A DNA stretch of 15,570 nt from Pseudomonadota bacterium (GCA_043767805.1 JAYUGC010000050.1:1-15570); one strand, 5' to 3'. Numbered from the stretch's first letter, positions 6,405 through 15,570 are shown. Notes: generated by a model from the sequence alone, not told the origin. A program made the numbers and translations.

Positions 6405-9400
6405 ATGAAGACATTTATTAGATTCCAATTAGCGGTGTTCATCGGCCTACTGCTTTTACTGGGCGGTTGCCTGGGTTACGAAACCCCGGTCCAAACTCCC
6501 AACAGTAAAATGGTTTTCGGCTGTTTAAGCGATCCGGACGGCGCGGGCCCGGACGGCGATGTCGTCTATAACAAGGCGACGTCCACCGTTTCCATGAACT
6601 GGGGTTTCCCCAAGAAGGCTCAAGGCCAAGTTACGTACAAGATTTACGACGCCGACACCGGCGACGTGCTTCAAACGACGGGTAGCAACGAGTGGTCCTT
6701 CGCCGTCTCTCGCGATACCATCCGCGTTTACAATATATACGTCGAAGCGAGCGATGACACGGGTGAGACCGATTGTTACCTGCGCGATAAGGTCGTGCAG
6801 GTCGCCATCAATCCAGGCTCCGCGCCCGTCATGGGCCGCAGCTGGGCTTATCCCGTTTCCCACGACCGGATCCTGATCGTCTGGGAAAAATCCGTTTCCG
6901 AGCAGACGGCTCGCTACGATGTCTTCACGCGGGAAAGCGTGTTCACCGGTAACGGTTTCTTGATCGAAAACCCGGTCGCCATCGGCAATACGGTCAAGAC
7001 GTACTTTTTCGTGGATAAATTGGACCCGAGCTCCGAGTACAGCTTCATCGTGGAAGCGGTGAATACGGACGGCGTTCGTTCCTCGCGCCGCCAGGCCGTC
7101 ACCGCCACGACTCTCAGTACCGACCGGCCCGCGTTCAACGGAATTTTCCAAGTGAGCCGCCTCGGCGGCACTGCGGGCTTGAGCGGTCTCGAGATTAAGT
7201 TCAGTCCGAGTACCGATGCGTCGGTCACCGGCTATCGCCTCTTCATGTACCAGGGCGTTCTCGATTACGATATGCCGTTTGGTCTCTACGTTCCGCAAGT
7301 GCCCGTGCAGGCCGTCTCCATCGGGGGTTCGGCGGCGGGCTATCACGTGCCCCGGCTCGGGCCTGGATCCATTCCTTATGAGAGCATGACCATCAAGAAT
7401 CTTTCCGCTGATACCAATTATTGTTTCGTGCTGCGCGCGTTCCGGGGCGGTATCGTCGGGCCGGTGGTGCAGGAAGAGAACAACCTCCGGGTTTGTAATA
7501 AGACCAACTCCGTCAAAGCGCCAACCTTCATGGGCGTGAACACGGTCAACGCCGCGGACGGCGCGACGGGCTTTACCACTCTGAACGTGAACTTTCCGCA
7601 TCCGAACGCGGATGGCGTCTGGAATAAATTCCGGTTCCAGTACAAAGAGTTTGCGACGAATCCCGGTCCTAATTGCGCCGGTAAAGATCTCACCACCGGT
7701 TTGATGGAGTTTTACACGGCCGATGATACGGATGGTCTGACGACCTTCCCCGTGTCGGCGAGCATCAACGCGAACATGTACTACTGTTTCAAGGTAAACG
7801 CCGTGTATCAGTCCGGCTTAATCACTTTGGTCTCGGATACGAATACGAAATGGGCCTCCGGCCGAGCGCGTCCGCTGCCGCCGGTTTTCACGGGTCTCGT
7901 CTCCGTGATTCGCACGCCGAGCGAAGAGGGCGAGCTCTTTGACTCGTTCGACCTCATTTACCAACCGGCCTCAGGCAGTTTTACGGAGTACCTATACGAA
8001 GTGTCCACGAGCCCGACCTTCACCGCCATCGTGAAGTCTCAAACGCTCGCCGACAGCCCGAATACGACCCGTATTACTTTGTCGGGCTTGCCGAAGGCCA
8101 CCCAATTGTACGCGCGGGTTAGCGCCGTCTTCCGCGTGGGCACGGGCGTCGGTGCCTTCGAGCTGAAAGATACGGACGACACCATTCCGGCGCGCGCGCC
8201 CCGCTATCTCTCCCTCAATACCACGCCCACCGCCGCGGATAAGGAAGGTATTCTTTCCGTGACGCCCGTCACTCCCAAGTCGATTCGCATTACGGCTACT
8301 TTACCTGTGAACGCGGGCGCGACGTGGAATCAGAACGTGTTTTGGCTCGTCAGCGACTACTACGCGGGTTGCACCAGCACGCCCATTTACTGTCAGCTTG
8401 GAAAGACAGCGGCGCAGCTCATTGCGGACTACAAGACCAATCCGACCTGGATCGTCGGGACCGTGGGTCGCTTGGTCGATAACATTCAAGTGAACTCCCT
8501 CAAGGCGGACGTGCAGTATTGCGCCCAGTTCCGTTCGCGGTATCGCTCGGTAACCGACTCCTTGGACTCGGCCAGCAATACGAACGATCTTCAAAAAATG
8601 TGCGCGACCCCACGCTTGTTAGCGGCTCCGTTCGCGGGTGTGGCGAAATTGTATAACCGCAACGATGCGGGGGGCTTCACCCAGCTTTGGGCCAAATTCC
8701 CCATGCTGCCCAATGGCGACTCTTTTACTCGCTACAGAATTGGCTGGAGCTCGGGAACTGGCGCGGGACCCAATACGGTTACCTTTGCGGCCCCGCAAAC
8801 CCGCGAGATCACCACTCCTAATGCCGCCGGCGAAAACTGCATCATCAAAGGCACGGATTTACATTGTCCTATCGAGCTGAGTAACAACTTGGCCCCGAAC
8901 ACCAGGTTCTACGTCAAAGTTCGAACCGAGTTCGATTTCGAAGGGGAAAGCGCTGCGCCCACGGGAACGGCGTTCTCCGCGACCGCCGTAACGACCCCGG
9001 CGAGTCCTTCGCTCCCCACGGCGGTGGCCGCAGCTCCTTACGGATCTACCTCGGTGAAGGTGGACTTCAAGGCGGCTAAGAATCCGACGACGGTCGATAC
9101 GGCCGATGCGGATCGGCTCTCGGGACTTTGGAACAACGTTTTCATCTATGTGGCCAAGAGCGATCCCGCGGTCGATTCGATTGTGGCCAATAAGGGCGTC
9201 CTCAACTCCGCGGGACTTCGCGTGCCCATGGATTCCGACATTGCCGCGGTCGCTAACTCTCAAGGCGAGTTCATCCTGGGCGCGGTGGATCTCGACGCCG
9301 GTATCATTTTGCGGGCTAACCGCAGCATTCTAGCCGACAACGCGATGAACTCTCTCATCATCAAGAACCTAAGCCCGTTGGGAATGGGCATGCAGTATAA

Positions 9401-12400
9401 AATCAGAGTCGCGAACGTTTATTGGGACGGCACCGCGAATAATTACGTGACCAGCCAAACGGTCTCCGCGGCGGCGGCTCCCGAGGCTAAGGCGCCGACC
9501 TTCGCCGGCTGGAAAGATTTTTCGAAGTACCATGACGAGCGCGATTTCACGGAATTACGAGTTATCGTCGATCCTCCCGTGGGCGAGTGCACTTCCATGG
9601 AAGCGCTCGTTTTTGAAAAGTCGTATATCTACAGCGTCTCGGATTGGACCGCGAGTAGCGGCGCCAAAGTGGAAAAAGAGCTTCCCTGCAGCGCGAGCGA
9701 GCTCGTATTCAATCGCGCCTTGGCCGGCACCGCCGGAGCCTTGCTGCCTGGAAAAGAGTATCACGTCCGCGTGCGTGCGGTGAACGTGGTGGGCACCGAG
9801 ATTTATACGACGGGCGAAAGCAAACAATCCACCGAAGCGAACCTCATGCAGCCGGTGCGTCCGTCGAGCGCCGACTTGGACACGACTCCCCTCGTTTTGA
9901 CGAGCCTTGCGAACTCTCCGGATAAGATTCGGGTCAATTTCAAGACGCCGACGCTCGGAGACTTCAACAAGGTGATGGTGTTCTATACGAGCCAGCTCAT
10001 TTCGGCGGGAAATTCCACGCTTCAGAAAAACTCGTTGATGGAACAGATGAAGACTCAGATCGTCACGGGACCTCCGAAACTCAGAGGCCCGGAAGCTTTG
10101 GTAGCGGGGGGAACGGCTCCTTTGGCGGGTACGACGGTCTTCACTCAACCCGTGCCGACCACCTCGGCGGCTCAGTCGATAAACTGGGAGCTTACCAGTG
10201 CGGTGGTAGGCAACCGATATTGCTTCGGCGTGCTGGCCATGTATGCGGTGACGGATGATTTTAGTGACGATCGGTACTTGCCCAGTCTTCCGGACGGCGA
10301 GCTTCCCGCGGACACTCAAGTCCAGTGCATCGATCTTCCGTTTACCCCCTCGGGCCTTACGAACGTGGCTCTTTCCAGCGCGGTCATGGACTCGGCTACG
10401 TGCCCGGACAACTCGAGTCAGCACTACATTCGCTTGACCTTCGCGAACCCGGCGGCGAGCGCGGCGACCATCGAGAGGTGGAAAATATTCATCGCGAACG
10501 GCGTGGATACCCTCAACTTCGGCGATACGAATGGCGACTCCTGGCAAGAAATTGCGAAAGGCGATTCCGTCCGCGACAAGAGCTCGGCCGGTTACCTTCT
10601 CGTCGGTTGCGAGGGCAAGGTTCCGGGAGGAAAGACTCACTTCCTCGTGAAGTGGGAATTTGGCGGCAGCGCCATCAACGACGTCTTCTCCAATCGCTAC
10701 AACACCACCCCGCTTAACATCAGTGCGGCGGAGTCCAACTTTGTCTGGGTACCCAAGAAGATTTCGGGTCTTTCGTATCCGTACCTCATGAACACCTTCG
10801 AGGCGTCTCGCGATGGCGTAACGGGGTCGTTCGGAACGGAAGCGGTCGCCGCGGAAAGCGCGCTGGATGATTGCAATGCGGCTTACCACTCGAACGGATC
10901 GCTGTCCCTTTGCGGTACTTCTTCCACCGGCAAGGTGCGCTCCATCAAGGGGGCGGTGCCGATGTCGGCCAACTGGAAGACTGCGTGGTGGGCCTGCCGT
11001 CAGAGCTCTCCCGTGAAAGGAATGCTCTGGCGTCTGCCCACTCAACAGGAATGGGTGCGAGCCTCCAAGTGGCCTTCGGCGGAGTACACGGTTGCCGCGG
11101 CGGACATCAACTCCCAGGCTTTGACCAATTGTAACGTGCTGCCGGTGAACCATTCTATCGGCGTGACGGGCGATAGGCCTAGCTGCGTATCGACCGTCGG
11201 CGCGGTCGACATGGTTGGCCGTTCGCGGGAATGGGTGGATGCCCGGCTCCAACGTTTCGATGAGACGAACGCTCGTCTCGGCTGGAGCCCGATTTTGGGC
11301 CGCATGATCGATAACGGTATCGATCGCCTGACCTACCGCTTACACGAGATCGTCCCCCCGGCCAATGGCTTGGGACTCTTGATGGGTAGCGATTTCGGAA
11401 ATACGGCGACTTATCAGCTCGCAGTCGACGCCGAGACTCAGCTTTGGAAAGACATCACCTATTCCAACGCGGCGGAAAGCGCGCCGGTGACTGGTTTCCG
11501 TTGCATGGGCTTGGTGAAAGCGCTGATGCCGACGGTCGATCAGCTGGCTCTCCCGCAAGAGCCGGTATATACGGCGGCGGAAGTGCCGGCAGGTGCCCCC
11601 GCTAGCTGGAAAATTCCGGAAGGCCGGTTCATCAAGGATACGCGCCCCGAGTCCGTACGCATCGTCGTCACTGACGATACGACGCCGAAAGGGAAAGTCC
11701 AGATATTCTGGCCGTCCTGGACGAAGGCTTGCTCAGGCACTTGCACGATGTCCTATGACATCTACCGCGCGGTCGAGCCGAACCACATCGATTCCCGGTT
11801 CACCACGTCTTGGGCGCTTCCGGGAGATGCCACCAATCCGAGCCCGTACAACAGCGCGCTGCCTCTCGATCCCTTGGCGACCGATGCCTCGGGTAACCAG
11901 GTTTGGACGCCGGTGGGCGCAAACCTCCCCGAAACGTACAACGTTTGTACTTCGACCACGGCCCCGAAGCTCCCGCCCGTCGCGGGAACGCTCGCGGCTC
12001 CTACGGGTAACTGCTATGAGTTCGACTACACGTCGGGCTCCGCGGTCGCCGCGGGCGAGAACAAGCGCATGTATCTTTACATGGTAGTCGCGAAGGACAG
12101 CCAAGGTAACCGGATGCCGCCTATGGTCCAGCGGTTCCGTACGCCGTATCTCTCGGGCGATTTCAGTCAGGGCGCGAAGGCTTCCTTCCGTCAGGAAATG
12201 CGCTGGCGGCGAGCTTCCGTCGGAGCGGTCGCCGAGACGTTCCAGTCTAGTAAGACGATTGCTCAGGTCTTGGTGCACGTGCCGATGGATATATCGGGAC
12301 ATGACCACGATTATTACATTCAGAAATATGAAAGTTTCCTCTACGACGGCACGGTGAACGACAACGGTGCCTCTGCCGCCAACCCCATTTCAGATGTGGC

Positions 12401-13379
12401 CGGTGTCTGGAGCCCGAATCTGGCGACTTGCACGGAATCCACCGAGCGAGACAGCTCGGTCTTCCCCTCCGAGTGCGGAACTTTGGGCACGTCGGCGAGA
12501 TTTGGCTCTAAACAAGGCACGACTCCCCTCGGCAATACCGTGTCCACCTCGGTGAGCTACGCTTCGCTCTGGAGAGGTTGCCGCAACAGCTCTTCCGACA
12601 TCACGGAAGGCACGGCGACCTATCGGTACAATCTGCACTCGCCCTCGGGCGCGGAGTACACGAAAGCTTCCGACTGGGGGGACGTGAATTTCGACAATTC
12701 CGTGGATCAGAATCCGTGGCTTGCCAACGGAACCAATGTCCGAAACGTCGAGTTTTCCAACGACGGAGCTCCGGTGGGACCGAGTCTAACGAGCTGCTTT
12801 ACGGAAGCTTGGGACGGCGTCACCTCTCCGGCGCCTGGCGCGAATCCTCCGATTACGGCCACGACTCCGGCCCTCACGGGTAGCCGTGCGAACTGCATCA
12901 GCCGTTACGGCGCGGTGGACCTCGTGGGTAACGCGTGGGAAATCAATGCCGAGCGTATTTACTGGCCGAGCCATTCCCCGACCGACCTCGGTATGATCCA
13001 AGACAACGGGCTCGATGGGCTGTGGCTTGGTCTTCAGGAAGAGCGCTTCGACTTAACCCTGAACTCCCTTCGCGTGAACCTCATCCGCGGTATCCCTTAC
13101 TTGTTCCACGGCAACCTTACCGCGGCGGACGGTATTACTCCGGCGCCGAGCACTCCGATCCTGTGGTTGCCGGGCTGGGAATTCGGTACTTACGCGACGG
13201 TAGCCATGGGCGGCGGATTCATGGAACGTTGGGCTTCGGGTAATAACAGTCAAAAGGGCACGACCATGAGCATGGGTCGGTTCGGCCGCGGCGCTGATAT
13301 CGCGAGCGGTAACAACCATGCGTCCGACATGAAAGCCACCGCCGGTCTCATTCGCCATGGCGGCCGCTGCGCCCGGTAA
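6405..13379 (+). CDS. Giant (~2324 aa) lipoprotein with ~11 fibronectin type III-like domains and two FGE-sulfatase (SUMF1)/C-type-lectin-fold domains; putative adhesin
   Basis: Start reassigned to ATG 6405 because MKTFIRFQLAVFIGLLLLLGG-C is a lipoprotein signal. Fn3 signatures LDPSSEYSFIVEAVN, LSADTNYCFVLRA, LAPNTRFYVKVR, LLPGKEYHVRVRAVN and others. FGE-like motifs WRLPTQQEW...GAVDMVGRSREWV...GFRC (~10734-11510) and SPSGAEY...YGAVDLVGNAWE...GGRCAR* (~12264-13379). Confidence 0.85.
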   Translation: MKTFIRFQLAVFIGLLLLLGGCLGYETPVQTPNSKMVFGCLSDPDGAGPDGDVVYNKATSTVSMNWGFPKKAQGQVTYKIYDADTGDVLQTTGSNEWSFAVSRDTIRVYNIYVEASDDTGETDCYLRDKVVQVAINPGSAPVMGRSWAYPVSHDRILIVWEKSVSEQTARYDVFTRESVFTGNGFLIENPVAIGNTVKTYFFVDKLDPSSEYSFIVEAVNTDGVRSSRRQAVTATTLSTDRPAFNGIFQVSRLGGTAGLSGLEIKFSPSTDASVTGYRLFMYQGVLDYDMPFGLYVPQVPVQAVSIGGSAAGYHVPRLGPGSIPYESMTIKNLSADTNYCFVLRAFRGGIVGPVVQEENNLRVCNKTNSVKAPTFMGVNTVNAADGATGFTTLNVNFPHPNADGVWNKFRFQYKEFATNPGPNCAGKDLTTGLMEFYTADDTDGLTTFPVSASINANMYYCFKVNAVYQSGLITLVSDTNTKWASGRARPLPPVFTGLVSVIRTPSEEGELFDSFDLIYQPASGSFTEYLYEVSTSPTFTAIVKSQTLADSPNTTRITLSGLPKATQLYARVSAVFRVGTGVGAFELKDTDDTIPARAPRYLSLNTTPTAADKEGILSVTPVTPKSIRITATLPVNAGATWNQNVFWLVSDYYAGCTSTPIYCQLGKTAAQLIADYKTNPTWIVGTVGRLVDNIQVNSLKADVQYCAQFRSRYRSVTDSLDSASNTNDLQKMCATPRLLAAPFAGVAKLYNRNDAGGFTQLWAKFPMLPNGDSFTRYRIGWSSGTGAGPNTVTFAAPQTREITTPNAAGENCIIKGTDLHCPIELSNNLAPNTRFYVKVRTEFDFEGESAAPTGTAFSATAVTTPASPSLPTAVAAAPYGSTSVKVDFKAAKNPTTVDTADADRLSGLWNNVFIYVAKSDPAVDSIVANKGVLNSAGLRVPMDSDIAAVANSQGEFILGAVDLDAGIILRANRSILADNAMNSLIIKNLSPLGMGMQYKIRVANVYWDGTANNYVTSQTVSAAAAPEAKAPTFAGWKDFSKYHDERDFTELRVIVDPPVGECTSMEALVFEKSYIYSVSDWTASSGAKVEKELPCSASELVFNRALAGTAGALLPGKEYHVRVRAVNVVGTEIYTTGESKQSTEANLMQPVRPSSADLDTTPLVLTSLANSPDKIRVNFKTPTLGDFNKVMVFYTSQLISAGNSTLQKNSLMEQMKTQIVTGPPKLRGPEALVAGGTAPLAGTTVFTQPVPTTSAAQSINWELTSAVVGNRYCFGVLAMYAVTDDFSDDRYLPSLPDGELPADTQVQCIDLPFTPSGLTNVALSSAVMDSATCPDNSSQHYIRLTFANPAASAATIERWKIFIANGVDTLNFGDTNGDSWQEIAKGDSVRDKSSAGYLLVGCEGKVPGGKTHFLVKWEFGGSAINDVFSNRYNTTPLNISAAESNFVWVPKKISGLSYPYLMNTFEASRDGVTGSFGTEAVAAESALDDCNAAYHSNGSLSLCGTSSTGKVRSIKGAVPMSANWKTAWWACRQSSPVKGMLWRLPTQQEWVRASKWPSAEYTVAAADINSQALTNCNVLPVNHSIGVTGDRPSCVSTVGAVDMVGRSREWVDARLQRFDETNARLGWSPILGRMIDNGIDRLTYRLHEIVPPANGLGLLMGSDFGNTATYQLAVDAETQLWKDITYSNAAESAPVTGFRCMGLVKALMPTVDQLALPQEPVYTAAEVPAGAPASWKIPEGRFIKDTRPESVRIVVTDDTTPKGKVQIFWPSWTKACSGTCTMSYDIYRAVEPNHIDSRFTTSWALPGDATNPSPYNSALPLDPLATDASGNQVWTPVGANLPETYNVCTSTTAPKLPPVAGTLAAPTGNCYEFDYTSGSAVAAGENKRMYLYMVVAKDSQGNRMPPMVQRFRTPYLSGDFSQGAKASFRQEMRWRRASVGAVAETFQSSKTIAQVLVHVPMDISGHDHDYYIQKYESFLYDGTVNDNGASAANPISDVAGVWSPNLATCTESTERDSSVFPSECGTLGTSARFGSKQGTTPLGNTVSTSVSYASLWRGCRNSSSDITEGTATYRYNLHSPSGAEYTKASDWGDVNFDNSVDQNPWLANGTNVRNVEFSNDGAPVGPSLTSCFTEAWDGVTSPAPGANPPITATTPALTGSRANCISRYGAVDLVGNAWEINAERIYWPSHSPTDLGMIQDNGLDGLWLGLQEERFDLTLNSLRVNLIRGIPYLFHGNLTAADGITPAPSTPILWLPGWEFGTYATVAMGGGFMERWASGNNSQKGTTMSMGRFGRGADIASGNNHASDMKATAGLIRHGGRCAR

Positions 13380-13467
13380 GCCCCCTGACGCTAATTCGTG
13401 AGCTGAGTGGCTGATTTTCCACCCCATTGCTTGCCTTGAAGATGGGCTTTGGGTTTAACTTCCCGCC

Positions 13468-14112
13468 ATGGAAGCTATCCGGAGCCTCGTCGACTTGTTC
13501 TTGCATCTAGATCACCACTTGGCCGCGGTCATCGCGGACTATGGTCCCATGACATACGTAATCTTGTTCCTGGTGATTTTTTGCGAGACGGGCCTCATCG
13601 TCCTGCCCATTCTCCCTGGCGACTCACTGCTCTTCGCGGCCGGGGCGCTCGCGGTCACTACCGATCTCAAGGTGGAAATTCTGATTCCACTTCTGTTAGT
13701 GGCCGCTATCCTAGGGGATGCGGTCAACTACGCTGTCGGCCATTACCTGGGGCCGAAAGTGCTCACCGAGAATCATCGCTTTCTGAAGCGAGCGTATTTG
13801 GAAAAAACCCATCATTTTTACGAGAAGTACGGCGGCAAGACCATCCTCTTTGCCCGCTTCGTTCCCATCGTGCGCACCTTCGCTCCTTTTCTCGCGGGCG
13901 TCGGCGGAATGACGTATAGCCGGTTCTTTGCGTACAACGTTTCGGGAGCCGTGCTCTGGATTTTTCTCTTCGTCCTCGCGGGCTATAACTTCGGCAACAT
14001 TCCCGTGGTGAAACAGAACTTCACCCTGGTCATTTTAGGCATCATTGTCGTTTCCGTGTTACCGGCCGTGGTCGAATTTCTGAAGTCCCGGCAGAAACCC
14101 GAGTTGAGGTAG
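13468..14112 (+). CDS. dedA: DedA family membrane protein
   Basis: FCETGLIVLPILPGDSLLFAAG, LGDAVNYAVG and YGGKTILFARFVPIVRTFAPFLAG are DedA hallmarks. Confidence 0.95.
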   Translation: MEAIRSLVDLFLHLDHHLAAVIADYGPMTYVILFLVIFCETGLIVLPILPGDSLLFAAGALAVTTDLKVEILIPLLLVAAILGDAVNYAVGHYLGPKVLTENHRFLKRAYLEKTHHFYEKYGGKTILFARFVPIVRTFAPFLAGVGGMTYSRFFAYNVSGAVLWIFLFVLAGYNFGNIPVVKQNFTLVILGIIVVSVLPAVVEFLKSRQKPELR

Positions 14113-14118
14113 TAGTCC

Positions 14119-15570
14119 ATGGCTCGAGACACGCTTTATCTAATCGACGGCAGCTCCTATATTTTCCGCGCTTACTTCGCGATTCAGCGGCTTTCCACTT
14201 CCAAAGGTTTTCCGACGAACGCCATCTACGGCTTCGTGAACATGCTGATGAAAGTCTTGGAGGAGAAGAAGCCTAAGCTTTTAACGATCGCGTTCGATAC
14301 GCCGAAGCCGAGCTTCCGTAAGGAAATGTTCCCCGAGTACAAGGCGAACCGCGAGCGCCCGCCCGAAGATCTCATTCCTCAATTCGCCCCTATTCAGCGG
14401 TCGGTGGAGGCCTTCGGGGTCATGCCTTTGCGCATCGAAGGCTGGGAAGCGGACGACATCATTGGTACGCTTGCTCGCCGGGCGGAGCGGGAGGGGTACG
14501 CGGTCGAGATCATCAGCGGTGACAAGGACCTCATGCAGCTCGTGACCGATCACGTGCGGCTCTACGAGCCGATGTCGGACCGTCAGTACGATGCCACCGC
14601 GGTCTTCGAGAAGTTTCAGGTGCGGCCCGACCAAATCGTCGATTACCTCGCGCTCATGGGAGATAGCTCCGATAACATTCCGGGCGTCGCGGGCATCGGC
14701 AAGAAGACGGCGGCCGAGCTGCTCACCCAGTTCGGATCTCTCGATGGCATTTACGAGAACCTCGAGTCCATTAAAAGCGAGAAGCGGCGGGAAACTTTGA
14801 AGCAGGAAAAAGACATCGCTTACCTGAGTAAGCGGCTCACTCAGCTCGATTGCGACATGAAGCTCCCCGTGACCTGGGACGAGCTACATTATAAGGGGCC
14901 GGATTTGCCGAAGCTTCAGGCCTTCCTCACCGAGTTCGAGTTCACGGGACTGATGAAGCGCTTCGACATGAAGGTCGAGACGCCCACCATGGATCGCGGT
15001 AAGGTCGTCATCCTGCGCACGGAGAAAGAGCTCGATGAGGCGTTGACCGTACTCAGCCAAGCGGCTCGGGTTGCGGTGGACACCGAGACGACGTCCCTGC
15101 AGCCGCACGATGCGGACCTCGTGGGGGTCTCTCTCTGCGGCGGGATGGATGAGTCCTACTATCTTCCGCTCGGCCACTATATTTCGGACGGCGAGAAACG
15201 CGAGTTGGCCCAAGGTCAGATGGACGCCTCCGCGGCCAAGGCGCTGCTCAAGCCCTTTCTCGAGAACGCGGCCATTCGCAAGACCGGCCAGAACATCAAG
15301 TACGACACGCAAGTGTTGCGGCGCTGGGGCGTTGAGATGGCGGGAGTCGTTTCCGATACGATGATCGCAAGCTATCTCATCGAGCCCGACGAGCCGCATA
15401 ACATGGATAGCTTGGCGTCCAAGTATCTCGGCCATCAGACCATCAAGTACGAAGACGTCACGGGAAAAGGGAAATCCCAAGTCTCCTTCGCTGAAGTGGA
15501 GATTAGTAAGGCCGCGGACTATTCGGCCGAAGACGCCGAAGTGACGCTAAAGCTCGAGAAGACGCTCGTG
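14119..15570 (+). CDS. polA: DNA polymerase I (5'-3' exonuclease and 3'-5' exonuclease domains; truncated at the window end)
   Basis: Manual translation from ATG 14119, open to the end (484 codons): LYLIDGSSYIFRAYFA, PTNAIYGF, YKANR, EADDIIG, SGDKDLMQL, LMGDSSDNIPGVAGIGKKTA, then AVDTETTSL, GQNIKYD, DTMIASYL, YSAEDA. GAGG RBS upstream. Confidence 0.97.
   Translation, partial: MARDTLYLIDGSSYIFRAYFAIQRLSTSKGFPTNAIYGFVNMLMKVLEEKKPKLLTIAFDTPKPSFRKEMFPEYKANRERPPEDLIPQFAPIQRSVEAFGVMPLRIEGWEADDIIGTLARRAEREGYAVEIISGDKDLMQLVTDHVRLYEPMSDRQYDATAVFEKFQVRPDQIVDYLALMGDSSDNIPGVAGIGKKTAAELLTQFGSLDGIYENLESIKSEKRRETLKQEKDIAYLSKRLTQLDCDMKLPVTWDELHYKGPDLPKLQAFLTEFEFTGLMKRFDMKVETPTMDRGKVVILRTEKELDEALTVLSQAARVAVDTETTSLQPHDADLVGVSLCGGMDESYYLPLGHYISDGEKRELAQGQMDASAAKALLKPFLENAAIRKTGQNIKYDTQVLRRWGVEMAGVVSDTMIASYLIEPDEPHNMDSLASKYLGHQTIKYEDVTGKGKSQVSFAEVEISKAADYSAEDAEVTLKLEKTLV

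Noticed and set aside
6525..13427. Long minus-strand ORFs (358 aa at 6525-7601, 565 aa at 9555-11252) and short alternative-frame ORFs
   Set aside because: They lie wholly or almost wholly within the giant lipoprotein gene and have Arg-rich, non-protein-like composition.
13190..13467. Diversity-generating retroelement target (C-terminal CLec-fold domain ending GGRCAR)
   Set aside because: No reverse transcriptase, no template repeat differing at adenines and no clear downstream hairpin in the window; a remote DGR cannot be excluded without the genome.
13380..13467. Terminator after the giant gene or sigma70 promoter for dedA
   Set aside because: Only a 4-bp stem (GTGG/CCAC) with no U-tract; candidate -35/-10 boxes (TTGCCT/TAACTT) have a poor 19-nt spacing.
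14281..15480. ORF-track entries in the polA region
   Set aside because: Shadow or alternative frames of polA, whose true frame starts at 14119 and runs off the window.
1..15570. CRISPR arrays, tRNA/rRNA genes, IS elements
   Set aside because: No regularly spaced repeats, RNA-gene signatures or transposase motifs were seen; intergenic spaces are short.

Overview
GC-rich bacterial window; gene content is reminiscent of Bdellovibrionota/Oligoflexia-like 'deltaproteobacteria' (inference only). The left 13.4 kb is a divergent locus. The minus-strand operon encodes (i) a 752-aa protein that reads as a single-chain, minimised flagellar rotor (signal peptide, FliF RBM3-like ring domain apparently without the beta-collar, one TM helix, FliF C-terminal helices, full FliG N/M/C), (ii) MotA, (iii) MotB and (iv) a 2-TM Cache-like sensor that is truncated by the window edge and missing from the ORF track. 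The plus strand encodes a TPR lipoprotein, a small outer-membrane beta-barrel and a ~2324-aa lipoprotein with about 11 Fn3-like domains and two non-catalytic FGE-sulfatase/C-type-lectin-fold domains. Sigma28-like promoters precede the giant gene and probably the rotor operon. No export-gate, rod, hook, filament, FliM/FliN or chemotaxis genes are in the window. The best candidate for an undescribed system is a stand-alone, possibly non-flagellar FliF-FliG/MotAB rotary motor linked to an outer-membrane/adhesin module. The right end holds housekeeping dedA and the 5' part of polA. All family assignments come from manual motif comparison, not database searches.
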